Shown piece after piece: positions 49,595-61,367 of a DNA stretch of 64,000 nt (its first letter is position 1; each line of letters opens with the position of its first letter). A program made the translations under genes and the position numbers. Source of the stretch: Takakia lepidozioides (taxonomy: Eukaryota > Plantae > Bryophyta); contig CM060732.1 of the NCBI GenBank assembly GCA_030704615.1, positions 38,874,001-38,938,000 on the forward strand, read 5' to 3'. The notes beneath the pieces were generated by a model, which ran no database searches, was not told the DNA's origin, and saw only the letters and a program-made list of their open reading frames with translations.

Positions 49595-50705
49595 GTATAG
49601 GAATCAATAATGAGCAATGGCTGGGAAAATTCATTTCAATACATAGAACGGTGATAGGGCGGACCGCGGCAGTGCAGATTGGCCTTCATCACTGGAGAAC
49701 TATCCTGATGATCCGATTACACAATGCTGACACATTCCATCCAAAGGTTTGAAGTTTGAACTTGAGAGAAGGGCAGGTCGCAATCAACTCCCTTCGTTCA
49801 GTATGATCAGCAGAACTTCAAGTACAGGCAACCCCTGCCTGATCAGATCCTGTACAGAATACTTGAGAGATTTACTGAATTTCTTTGACCTCATCTTTGG
49901 AAGCCAGCGATGTGTGCCCGGGACCCACATACGCCAAAATGGCTGAAGTGTTTGAACTACCGGATGCCCCTCCCACTCATGTAAACAGCCCTTCATACTT
50001 CATACCCCAATCTGAGGGGGTTTCCATTGATGGTCCAAAATTTAGGACCCTTGAGCTTTCCAAACAACACACCATTTTTCCCCAACCCTAAATAGGTGGG
50101 AAATGGAGCTAACTCATAACTGCTGGCCAGTAAGTTGTTCCTTTCTTTGAGGGTGGAGTGGGGCATCTTGTAGGCAGCTTGCAAAGAGGACTGAAAGAAC
50201 ATAAGAGAATCGTAGAAAAGGATCTGATTGCCGCCCAATTGGTCTGTTCGAATTTGACCCAGCTGCGAAAATGCAGTTGAAAATGCAACCTGCCTTCTTT
50301 GTCTGCAAGTAGGGGATGGTCCAATAGTTGGGCGGGCTGCATATGCAGATAATGAATTTAGGTGTCTCTAGAGCAATGGGTGATGGAGATATCCTGATGC
50401 GGCTTCTGCCTGGGTTGTGTGCTACTTTGCCTGGCTCTAATCTGTCTACGGATGATTCGTGCTAAGCGAATTGAACAATGAAGGTGCTTTTTGCTGGACA
50501 CTGGGAAGGCTCAACAAAGATGCTCTCACAATCCATAGCCATGATTCCAGAAATGAGTTCCTCATACTCCACAAAATCTCAGTGATAAGCCGAAAACACC
50601 ACATGTACCCTCTCCAAAAATCACCTGTGACTGAAACCTCCTCAGGCACTGCTAGGATAATGTTCAAAACTGGCCAGAAAACTTCCTCCACAAGATTTTG
50701 GCACA

Positions 50706-53700
50706 TCAGCGCATGTTGCCCTCACGTAGGACATCAATCATGTTGTACAACTTCTTGGTGCTTCCTTCCCGGATCTGCAAGATAACGTGACGTAAGACCC
50801 ACATAGCATCTGCAGAAGCTATGTGAAATATAGAGGACTTGGCAGAGACTTATGGACTTACCTTTTTGGCAAGGAAGAGGACTGCATCCACAGTGCCTTG
50901 AGTGTATATAGTTCTCCCACACACATTGTGCTGAAACTGAAACACCACACTGCACGAGGTCCAGAGTAGAGCACTTTATCAATATTGTAAGACATACATT
51001 TCTATATAAGCATAACTAAATTGCATGTTGACCTGCCACTCCTGAGATTCTCAAGGACCTGGACCTGGATCCGCAAGTCTTGACCCTGCTGGATAAATCT
51101 GACTTAGAGGCTGTATTGTCCAAAGCCATGTCTGTTGCCATGAGATTGTCTGATGAAAATGAAGTTAGGCAGAAAACTTCCCTGAACTTGTTTCCAGTCA
51201 GTGACATGGGGGAGGACATCTTGGATGACCTTAAGGGTCTACCCACTTTCGGCACTAGACTGAAATTTAAACTCGGGGCAGGAAGCCTACCTTTGAACAG
51301 CAAACAGAAGCAGAGAGGAAAGGGAGAGTGCAATTGCCCGTTGTGTGGGCAATCTGAAGACAGTATTCATTTTCTGATACACTGTCCGGGGTTCTCTCAC
51401 CAAAGAGACGCTCTCTTCAAATCTATCAAGGGAATTGTGCCTGTACCCCTGTTTACCAACTTTGAAAGTCTCGAGGCTGAGCCAAAAGCCCAGGCCCTCC
51501 TGAGGCCTAGTTTTTGGGCAAATCACACACAGCAGATTGATGCTTGTGTGAAGGGATTTCTAGAGGATATCTGGAAAATCCGGATTAATTCTATATATGA
51601 AGGCAAGTCTTACTACCAACGTCAGCCCCTGACAGAGGTAGGTTCTGTCCCTTTTGTTCCCGCTCAAACTGGGCGCGGGGTCAATGGCCACAAGGCTACA
51701 GCAAACAACGTCTTATGAGTACAATCTCACACACCCACATGCACACAAGCAAAAACACCAATATGACGAGGAAGAAGCATTGGTCACGTGTTCAGTTACA
51801 ATCATGGGCTGCAAACAGCATGAGATAGATTGTCAGGAACTTGCTTTGCTTTCAACTATGTGAGAATGAGGAAATGGCACAGCAAACTGAAACGACCAAT
51901 GCATTTGTCTGCGAGAGGAGAAACCTCACTCACTTGCCATCTTGGGAGACAACCCGGTAGGTGTGGAAGGCATGCCCATTCAAGTGTTCTGGGGGCACTC
52001 CCATTCTGCTTACTTGCTCATCAGGATCCCTCACCATCTCAATCTGCCAACATCAATTGAAAGAACCATTGGCCCAACAGATACAGGAAATACGTTAATA
52101 TACGTTAATATACTCTGTTGCTTTGCATGCTGAACCAAAGGTCCCAAGGCAATCAAATCACGTCCAGAGTACACTATCCAGAAAAATTAGCAGCTATTAA
52201 GATTAAGCACACACAGGGAGGTCAAATACCAATCAACTCATAGGCCAGTAAGAACAATGAATGGCCACTGAACATCACCTAGTGCACGAAGTATAGCAGT
52301 AAATTTCAGACATGCGGCAGGCTTTTAACCCGAACAAACCACAGAACAGACCAAAAGAGCAGGATGGGAAAGGGAGAGCAAAAATAACCTGGTCAAGATT
52401 GTATTGAAGTCCTAATTTCTGAAAGCTGGAAACCACAGCTTTTGCGGTCCCTGATGTGTCCTGTTTGGTGGACTGGTGCGATTCTGTCACCTGCCAGAAG
52501 TCCATCTGACTGAGCATCTCTAGTTCCTGGCAATCATTACTAGAAAGGGTATGCTGTTGTTTAAGTTTGTCCCTTCCTTACTGTAGAATTGACCTAAGCA
52601 AAAATCTAGTAATCATTACTCCCTTCCCCCAACAGGGCAGCTCTTTCTCAAACAAACTGAAATAGACCTGGCCATACAGATAATCATCAGTACAATTCTC
52701 GCCACATGGATGATCTTTCTGCTAGCCAGAGGGCATACATTCTGCCCTCTCTTCACACTGCCCAGTAGCCAGAGTTGCTGACGCTTAGTCCAGATAAACA
52801 AATACAGTAGCTATTCAAGAATTGGCAGCACATGTTCAGATATGACATGAAAACCGGTCCTTAAATCAACAATTAATCCTGTGTAATGCTTAAGAACTAT
52901 GGCAATTTCAGACTAGTTTGTGTATTCTTGCAGATGTAAAACTTGATCACCAGCTCCAGAGAGAGTTGGTGCATCATAGCCAGTAACCACAATGTGTACA
53001 TCTCTTAAACTGAAGAGCAGCCCATAACAGCTCCCAAGGGGGAGCACCAGAGTAGGGGAGGTGTTGAAAACCTGAAGAGAGTAGCCTGCAAAAGCACCTG
53101 GAAATTGCTCTGCCAATGACTCTAGATTTGCTTGGAATGCAACCACCTGTAAGCCCCACATGAGAGGATAGTTGTATGATTTGCCTCAGAACATACCAGC
53201 AGCAAACAAGCGAAGGTACAGTTCTTGCTAGTCTTTTTGCTCAATGACTCCTCAGCATCCCAAGAGGCGAACTACCATCCTGCCTGCAGAGGATAGTAGA
53301 GCTTAATTCCAACTAATTATCAAGCATGACAACCATCCCATACTAAACCGTAATGGTTAATACTACCCATGGATACCAAGATCGAGTATCAATTCACCCT
53401 AGCACAATGATTAGAACACACCTGCTTTCCCATTTGAGGAGCAATGACTGCATATACTCCAGATCTCTGAACCACATTCATCAGCTTGCTTCGGTCTCCT
53501 CCAGTAGTGCCCATCACAAAAGGCACCCCTCGAGCACAGTAAAACTCCGCATTCTCTGAAAGGGACACCAGACTTTATATCTAGCATGTTGGCTGTGGGC
53601 ACTCCAGACACCAGAGCTGGCGGAAGCCATAGCCATCACACCCAAGCATTCTACACATACAAGCTGGAAAGAAACCTCTCAATACAGCACCAACTCCATA

Positions 53701-54582
53701 ACATGGAGGCAATCAGAGTCATGACGAGTGAACAACCAAATTTTCATCAAGCTTGAAAAGCATCTAGTCTCAACTTCGATTTGTGAGTGGTGTGTTAGTT
53801 GTTCTAGGGTTTAAGCTCAAAACCCTAGATCAGCAATTTTCCCACATGTGTAGCTCAAACTGGGGCTAAACTAAATTGGTTCCTGCCAAAAAAGGATTTG
53901 ATTGAGCCTGAGAATTGTAGAGGAAACAGCCACAACAACATGCAGCCAGCACCCCTCACTCCCACCCATCTCCTTCCACCCTCACTGACAGCATGAAGGG
54001 CTCATAGCACTGGTTGCCATCATGGGATATCTGAGAATACAAAACTGGCTATCTGAAAAAGCTCCCATCAACATGTCACAGGAGCTGTACCCCAACGTTT
54101 GTAGGTCATTTAACCAAATTCACTTGAGCAGGGTAACATTAATGTTTGGCATACACTGACCTTAACACCTGTAAAGACATTGCTATAAAAGATTAACAGG
54201 TGGCTCTAACTGTACAAGTCACATCTCTCCGCAAATTCACAGCTAGCACAGTAAAGAGCATTCGATTTCACTCACCATTGACAGCATCAGGCAGGGTGTA
54301 GTCAACGATGATGACATCAGGGTACAGTTGCAGCACACGATCCATCACACTTTCTCTTTGAGTGGCCTCCTGAACATCAATCTCGATCCCCCTTACTGAT
54401 ACTGTGACCCTTCTCCTGCCATCCCCGGTGAGAGAGAAGGGGACCAATTGCAGGCCTGCATCGACAGCTGCCTCTGCCACTGCCTGCCCCATTTTCCCTC
54501 TGCAATCATTCACCTGTAACATTTTACGCCCACCCTGCATCCATCAGTTTTGTGAATGCATGTAGTACAAGAGTCATATGTG

Positions 54583-54627
<45 letters not shown>

Positions 54628-55172
54628 GCGCTGTATCTCCAAATATAAATTTCTTCCTTCCAGCTCTTAAATGCAATTTAACTCTGGAGATGGTGGAAGG
54701 GAGAGAATGTACTGCAAAGCTTTGCTTACATAGCTCCATCACAGCCTAGGCGTCCCCTTTAAACGCGATTTACTGTAGGTGTCCAAAAAACAATGTCACA
54801 TTGTTTGGTCACTAGGGATATTGAGAGTATACCACCGCAAATCAGGCAACGAACCAGGCCCACTGTATCTGTGCAGACAAAATCCAAAAGGGGAAAAGGT
54901 CGACGATGCACCATGATTGGAATGACTGGCTTGCATGCACCATCATTCTCGGCTGATGCCCGCATCCTCTGTATTCCTGTACCTTTCTTCTTTCCTCCAC
55001 CTGCAGGCCGGAACCAGGGCCTCCCCTTCGTCTTCAAAAGCAACTGTGATAAGACCGAGCTGCATTCGCAACCATGCCAGTAACCGACCTGATGGATATT
55101 ACTTTCAGGAAAGACTCCGTGGTTAATCTTCAGGGATGGGGAACCCATGAGGCTGTACCCGTGTAGTGCCAT
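50706..55172 (-). CDS. DAPB: 4-hydroxy-tetrahydrodipicolinate (dihydrodipicolinate) reductase, plastid-targeted, 8 exons, apparently intact
   Basis: Spliced: IPIM/VNDCRGKMG...VDYTLPDAVN/ENAEFY..GVPFVMGTTGGDR..APQMGKQ/VVAFQA..EQFPGAFAGYSLQ/VTESHQSTKQDTSGTAKAV/GVPPEHLNGHAFH/FQHNVCGRTIY..GTVDAVLFLAKK/YNMIDVLREGNMR*. Confidence 0.95.
51020..51718 (+). mobile_element. 5'-truncated LINE 3' end (C-terminal zinc knuckle) in DAPB intron 6, antisense to the gene
   Basis: GTRLKFKLGAG...CPLCGQSEDSIHFLIHCP; second diverged copy at ~63166-63665. Confidence 0.75.
54585..54623. repeat. (CT)n microsatellite in DAPB intron 1
   Basis: About 19 CT units. Confidence 0.95.
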
Positions 55173-58100
55173 AACCTCCACTCGCAAAAGAAAAAAGATC
55201 CAAAATACGGGGAGAACCTCGAGGATACAGTGCTTATCACTAAAGCGTGTCAAAGGCTCGTTCCACACGATGGATTGAAGTACACTTCGTGGGAGCAGGC
55301 GAAACTTGTTTGCAGCTCATTTACCCATACAGCAGCACAAAACGATCTGCGTATCTGCACTCTGCACGCATTGCAAACTCCTCCTTTGCATCGTTTCTCT
55401 CATCTGAGTCCCGACCCGACCATCAGGAATGACAGAAGTTATTCCCAAAATGCGTTTACAGACTCTGCTGGAGTCAACGGAATGCACTTTTCCTAGGGCA
55501 GTGAGCAGGGACAGTAAAGGCTACGGATTGGGAGGATCTATCCGAATCTGGTCAATCCTTTGGGTGTCAGAGTGAATTAGAACCTTGTGGTGGACTGAGA
55601 CGATGTGTGGATGACAAGGGAAATTTGTTCATATCCGAGACGGATTTGCTGCATCATAAGCTAATCTTGGAAAGAACGAGCCATTCAAGCACATTGGTAC
55701 TACTGGACCCAAGTCTGCGAAAGAGAAAGGGGATACGTGCTGTTATAAATGAGGGGTTTGCACTCTGCACTTGCCATACTTGCAACTCAGATCCAAGTAG
55801 TCGGAGCATTTTTCTGTTGCAGAAGCTACCTACAGCGAGCCTGGCACCTATCTGTCACGCGGGCTATGTGGTATGTCCTTGAAGCCTTTTTTGCCTGTGC
55901 TCCTACCAACATGACCTTAAGGGCCACCGAGAGAATGCTACCCATGGGAAACTTTTGACGTAGGCAGATACAGCTCGTTCCTCAACTGTCTGTTGGCATA
56001 CTGATCTAAGTGGGTCGCAGATCAAGCCTCATGTCTATCATTGTGTACTTTCTTGCTCCTTGGTTTGCAATACAGGCTATAATCTGCCTGTTTTTCAGTT
56101 GAACAGAATCCTCAAAACCAGCAAGCCGCATTGATTTCTCTGATGTAACGTTCTACTACTTGAAATGTGGAAAATGTGGAAAACAGTAGTATGTCCTACT
56201 GCTTTTTAACTCTTTGCTTTCAGACTGTTGTTCTCTTTTGTCCTGCACATAAACATAATACCCCTTCAACAGCCACAGTACCTGCATAAAATAGAACACA
56301 TCTCGTTTAACCTCTCAACCCATCTCAAGTTATGTTTTCGGTGTCCATATCTCTTTCTCCAATTCAGCCTCGTCTTTCTGAGTGTTTCCTCTTTACCTTT
56401 TTCCCATCCAGACTAGAGTCGATAGCAAGCACCCTCCTTAGTACCTATCAACCCTTCCTCTCTTTACAAAAGAGAAACCCAACCGAACAAAGAGAAGCAC
56501 ACTAAGACAAGTGAAAGAACAGGTGCTACGTTTACCTCAGGTTCTGGCAACATGTGAGGTTTCCTGCTTTACAATTCACTAAGTGGAACCTTCTTCTCAG
56601 AAAACCAAGAAGCCACTCCGGGTCCGCCCTGCAATAAATTGTGCAAGGAGTCAGAATGCGCACAAATGTCTTTCTTGTGCAAGGGATGCAAGAGAAAAGA
56701 ACTCACTAACCATTCTGCCCGAGCTGGCTATGGCATAGTGCCGGCAAGGTATGTAAGACCCATCCTGACTTGCGTGCAAAACCAACTAGAGAATCACGAG
56801 TTAGAGAAAAAGGGACCTGTCAGGGACGACCGCTGGGTCAGCGCCAGCCTTCGGGATAATGGCACTCAGAGGTGCGTTCTCTCGCAGGCTCCTTGCTCAC
56901 CACAGGTTCGCTGGCGCTGTTTACTCCATGTGTAGACGCAGACCCCACCAAAGACTGAATTATGCCAAAAGAAAATGAAGGTGTTGTTATCTGGTGACTT
57001 ATGCCATCGTCTTTTGGAACCCTCACGAGAAGCCAGTGGACAAGCGATTGCTCACAGAGCAAAACATCTCTGGAGCTTGCTCTAGGTGATTTTGAAGAGG
57101 TCGCCACGCTCACCTCCCAATGAAGGATCGTCGATAGAAAGAGATGGTTCATAGCATCTTTACTGGCCATAGATTTTTGCACCATTCACTGCTTGAGATA
57201 CTTGCCATCCTGTCATCTGGAACCACTTAACAGGATTTCACTCAACACAGAGACAGAGCCAGAAGAACGAGAGACACATTATATCAAGGGGCCCTGGGGG
57301 TCCATGGGAGAGAGGAGAGATAGCCTGGGGCCTGAAAACCCTGCAACATGAATCTCTCAATCGCATGCGTTCTCCAACGACTAGATTTTGCTGCAAAACG
57401 AATTCTGTAGAGTGTCTTCCAGTGAGTGACGGATTGACCGGGGCTTTTCCCTTCCGTCTCGGCTAGATTCCAAGTTGTCTAATTGGCCTGAGTCCAAACG
57501 AACACAGAACATCGAGCTTTCTCAACAGTAGAACCGCCCACCTTTGTCAGTCATCATCATCATCGACTTCATCTTGCATTTCCCACCACACCCATATCAT
57601 ATCAATACAGTAGGAGGTGGTCCGCAGTAGCAAATCACCAAGCCCATAAACCCATAGCCGTTTGCGGTTTCAGCAGTCAACACGTCCCGAGCAATAATAA
57701 TCTGAGTATTAGGTTGAGCCGGCATTGGCCGCCTGGCCGTCCTTCATTAATGCACACGCTATCATTGTAGGTATCGGCAATGTCTTCTTATGAGGTGGAT
57801 CGAGAATCCAACAAGAAGTTGTGTTTGTAGATTAGATGTGAAGTTCCACATTGGTCTAGATTTTGCCGTGAGAGGCAAAAGGTTGAATTGGAAATGCTTG
57901 AGTGAATATAGAATCCTCCCTGTTTGGTTATGTAGTTGTAGATTTAAGAATCAACTCGATGAAGTATCAAATCCCCAGAGCAACGAGGTTGCTGAGAGCA
58001 ACGATGAGGTCGACGTCGACACTGATGAGTGCAGCGATGAGATAGTGGACGTAGAGAAATTATGTCATATTTTCTGCCCTCTCTCTAGATGTTATCTTGC

Positions 58101-59484
58101 ATCTGAAGGACCCGTTTTCATGTTAAATTTTTAATTGTTATGTTATGAAATTTCAACCTGTTTTACTGTTATTTGATGTAACTGCCTAATTGTTATAGAA
58201 TTCCTAGTTCCTACTCTTGGAGCATAGGGTAGAAGCACTCTTCATGGCGCAGGAAAATGGGTAAATATGATAACTTTTTGTGCTTTAAACCTATGAGATC
58301 ATGTAAGACCTTAACAGAAAGCTCTTTAGATAACACAACTTTTCTTAGTTGAAAGTTAAACGAGATTCTGACTTTATCTGCTATTAAAAGTGGATAGAAG
58401 ATAGAAGTAGAGCATATCACCCTGTGGCGCACCATGTTACTCATTCATATCTCATTAATATCTTTTCTACCTGAGATGGTAACAAAAAAAAAAACCAAAA
58501 ATATCATTGGAAAGCGCCTAATGTGGCCCATCTCTTTGTAGTTGGAGCAATTTTCATTAGAGGACATCTACCTATAGCAATTTAAGGGTAAAACAAGTGG
58601 GCACAAGATATATTGCTCGTTTTGTACCTTGGATTTTAACTATTTAACCATTTTAGGAAATAAAGATACCATTGGAAAGCTCTTGATGAGCCCCAGCATT
58701 TTGTAGTTGGAACAAATTTCAGTAAAGTTCATCTACCTAGGATAATTTGAGTGTAAAGTGATTTCATGAATGGTGTAGTGTAGTTCATTCCTCTTTGGGT
58801 AAGCTTGCTGGCGTATCATGGCGCACTCCACCCTGACACGTTCCAAAACTGGGCATACCTTTGAGCGCCACTATGGGGCACATGCGCCAGGAACGGTGCT
58901 AACAATGATCCAGGTTTGACTGTAAAACACTCTTATTAACAAGATGAAAAGCTGCTCATGATTAGGGAGTATATGATTACCAAGTACTTGGGTCTGCAAA
59001 GTCTGACATTCTGATTACAGGGTCTTAATCATTTGGGTGATCAGCTTTGCTTCATCAACTTGCACGCCAATCGCAGGCCTAGTATGTCGGAGGTTAGTTG
59101 AGTGCATGCATGGTCTATCTACCTAGTCCTGAGCTTGGGTGAGTCTACATAGCTACTATGTCCCTGGAAATTCTCTGTACAAAACAAAAGCTTGCAATCA
59201 TCGTGGGCACATGCAGGGGGTATGGGTCTCTACAGCGTTGTGTGAATACCGTTAGTCCGAGTAATCAATACGTATGTTCCCTACTAATTTCGCCGGCTTT
59301 GCATTAATGCAGCCTCCCGCCGCCTCCAGCCACCCTGCGCTGCCTTGTCTTCGCTGTCTTTGCAGGTAACTTAGTATCTCTCGTTTGATTTGCTTCTCCT
59401 TTCACTTTACACACTATCCTGATGTGGATAAAGCTCGAGTATCACAGCGAGGACGTGCTTAAGTTGCTCGATATGCTACCAAGG

Positions 59485-59570
59485 TGTAGCTGATGCGGGA
59501 TGTAGAATGTTGATGTTCTTTTGGGTTTGTAGCTGATGCGGGATGTAGAATGTTGGTGTTCTTTTGGGTC
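59485..59570. repeat. 43-bp tandem duplication upstream of the trihelix gene
   Basis: tgtagctgatgcgggatgtagaatgttgrtgttcttttgggt x2. Confidence 0.9.
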
Positions 59571-60001
59571 AGTAGTGATGTGAGAAGTTGGGCGTCGATC
59601 TGTTTGATGCTCCTGCTGTTAAAGATCCTCAATTCACAGGGAGGGTTGTTCATTTGCAGTTCTATCAAGAAGCTTGGAAGCCACTGATCAACATCATACC
59701 TTTGGCTCTTGGTTGGCACTGAATCGGGCAACACGGAAAATGCAACATCACTCTGGAGTGTTTGCCAAGTGAGCATGTTCTTTGGCATCAGAAGATGAAT
59801 TGGAAGTGATGGGGATGCTAGGGACCGCTTAAATGTAAACCATGAGAGCAGCCATCTCTGGCGTCAGGAGAGGGGTTTCCCACAGAGGTGATTCGCACCT
59901 TGAAATTCTACGCAACCATAGCAATCCGAGCTGTTATTATTGACAGGGCCTTTGAAAGGAAGGTTGTGTTACAGAGATGTTGGTGTTGCTAAGTGTGGGG
60001 G

Positions 60002-61022
60002 ATGGCTGGCGTTAACCACCAGCTCGCAATCATATCCGAGGTCCCGGATGCAGAGAGACCTGAGGACCAACGTGAGTATCGAAAGGCCAATTGGACACTG
60101 CATGAGACAATGGTTTTGATTGCTGCCAAGAAGCTTGATGATGAGCGACGCTTGCGAATCGACCTCGGTGAGATGGAGAAAACGAAAACTGCAGAATTGC
60201 GGTGGAAGTGGGTCGAAAATTATTGTTGGAAGAATGGTTGTCGCCGCAGTTTGAATCAGTGCAACGACAAGTGGGACAATCTGATGCGTGATTACAAGAA
60301 AGTGCGTGACCATGAGATTCGTGTGCCCCCTGAACCTGTGTCTTACTGGCAGATGGAGAAGCACGAGCGCAGGGAGAAAGGACTGCCCTCCAATCTTCTG
60401 ATTCAAGTCTATGATGCTCTCCATGATATCATTGATCGTCGCTTCCCTCCAAAAATCTTGCAGCCTCATCAGCTGCCTGCCCCTAGCTCCAATCCTCCCC
60501 CGCCTGCAGCTGGGCCTACCACTTCTGGTAATCGTTGTCTACTCATTTCATTTCTATTTCTCTTGGGTCGCAACTGTATGCCCTTATCTCCTGTCGTCAC
60601 CATGAATGCTGACCACGCAACGCTGGTTGTCTTTATGGAGTGCTGGGTTTAATGAACTGGGATTACGCTGGGAATCAACCTTGCTGCTGCTGATGATACC
60701 ATGGCTGTGGATTTGAACAGAGGGCACAGAATCCGAAAGTGAAGACAGCGGTGCCCCAAAAAGGAGGAAGGTGTCGAGGAGTAGCGAAGGCTTAGCGCCA
60801 GCCATATACGGAAGTACTGTGCAATTAACACACACAATCTTGGCCTGTGAAGAAAAGGAGGACCGGAGGCACAAAGATCTCTTAGGAGTAGAAGAACGCA
60901 AGCTGCTTGTGGAGGAAGCCAAGACCGAAATCAGCCGGATTGGGGTGGCTGGTCTCATTAGTGCTGTGAATAACCTTGCCTCTGCCATTCTAACCCTGGC
61001 AGCAGAGAAGTCTGACTCATGA
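60002..61022 (+). CDS. Trihelix (Myb/SANT-like) transcription factor, SH4/ASR3-like, 2 exons (60002-60527, 60721-61022)
   Basis: REYRKANWTLHETMVLI..K..DDERR; RWKWVENYCW..GC.RS.NQCNDKWDNLMRDYKKVR; C-terminal coiled coil. Confidence 0.92.
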
Positions 61023-61367
61023 GATGGCCTCCTGCTGTGGAGATTAGAGGCACACCATGAAAGTGCCACAGGATTTTGACCATTGAGCTTTCTACAATAC
61101 CAAATTGATATTTGTCTGCGAATAATTTGACCACTCAGAACTGCATGAGACGTGAGAGTGGGGGTCCTTCTGCTGTTTGGAAGAGATGCGCAAGTGCTTT
61201 GAAGCTGAAGTTATGTTCTTAGTGCTCTCAAGTCTTCTCAAGGAATTAGGCTCAGTTTGCACTAGTTCAGTTTTTGGTATATATAGTAAATTCCAAAAGT
61301 TTGTCTTTCCATGAAAGCTGTTTTGACCATAACCCTGTTTTGATAAGCAAAGCAATTTCTCACCCAA

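Noticed and set aside
55500-57300. Possible gene upstream of DAPB
   Set aside because: Only short ORFs without a recognisable motif or consistent exon chain.
58500-58750. ~165-bp diverged direct repeat
   Set aside because: Probably a MITE/TE remnant; no termini or TSD identified to support a call.
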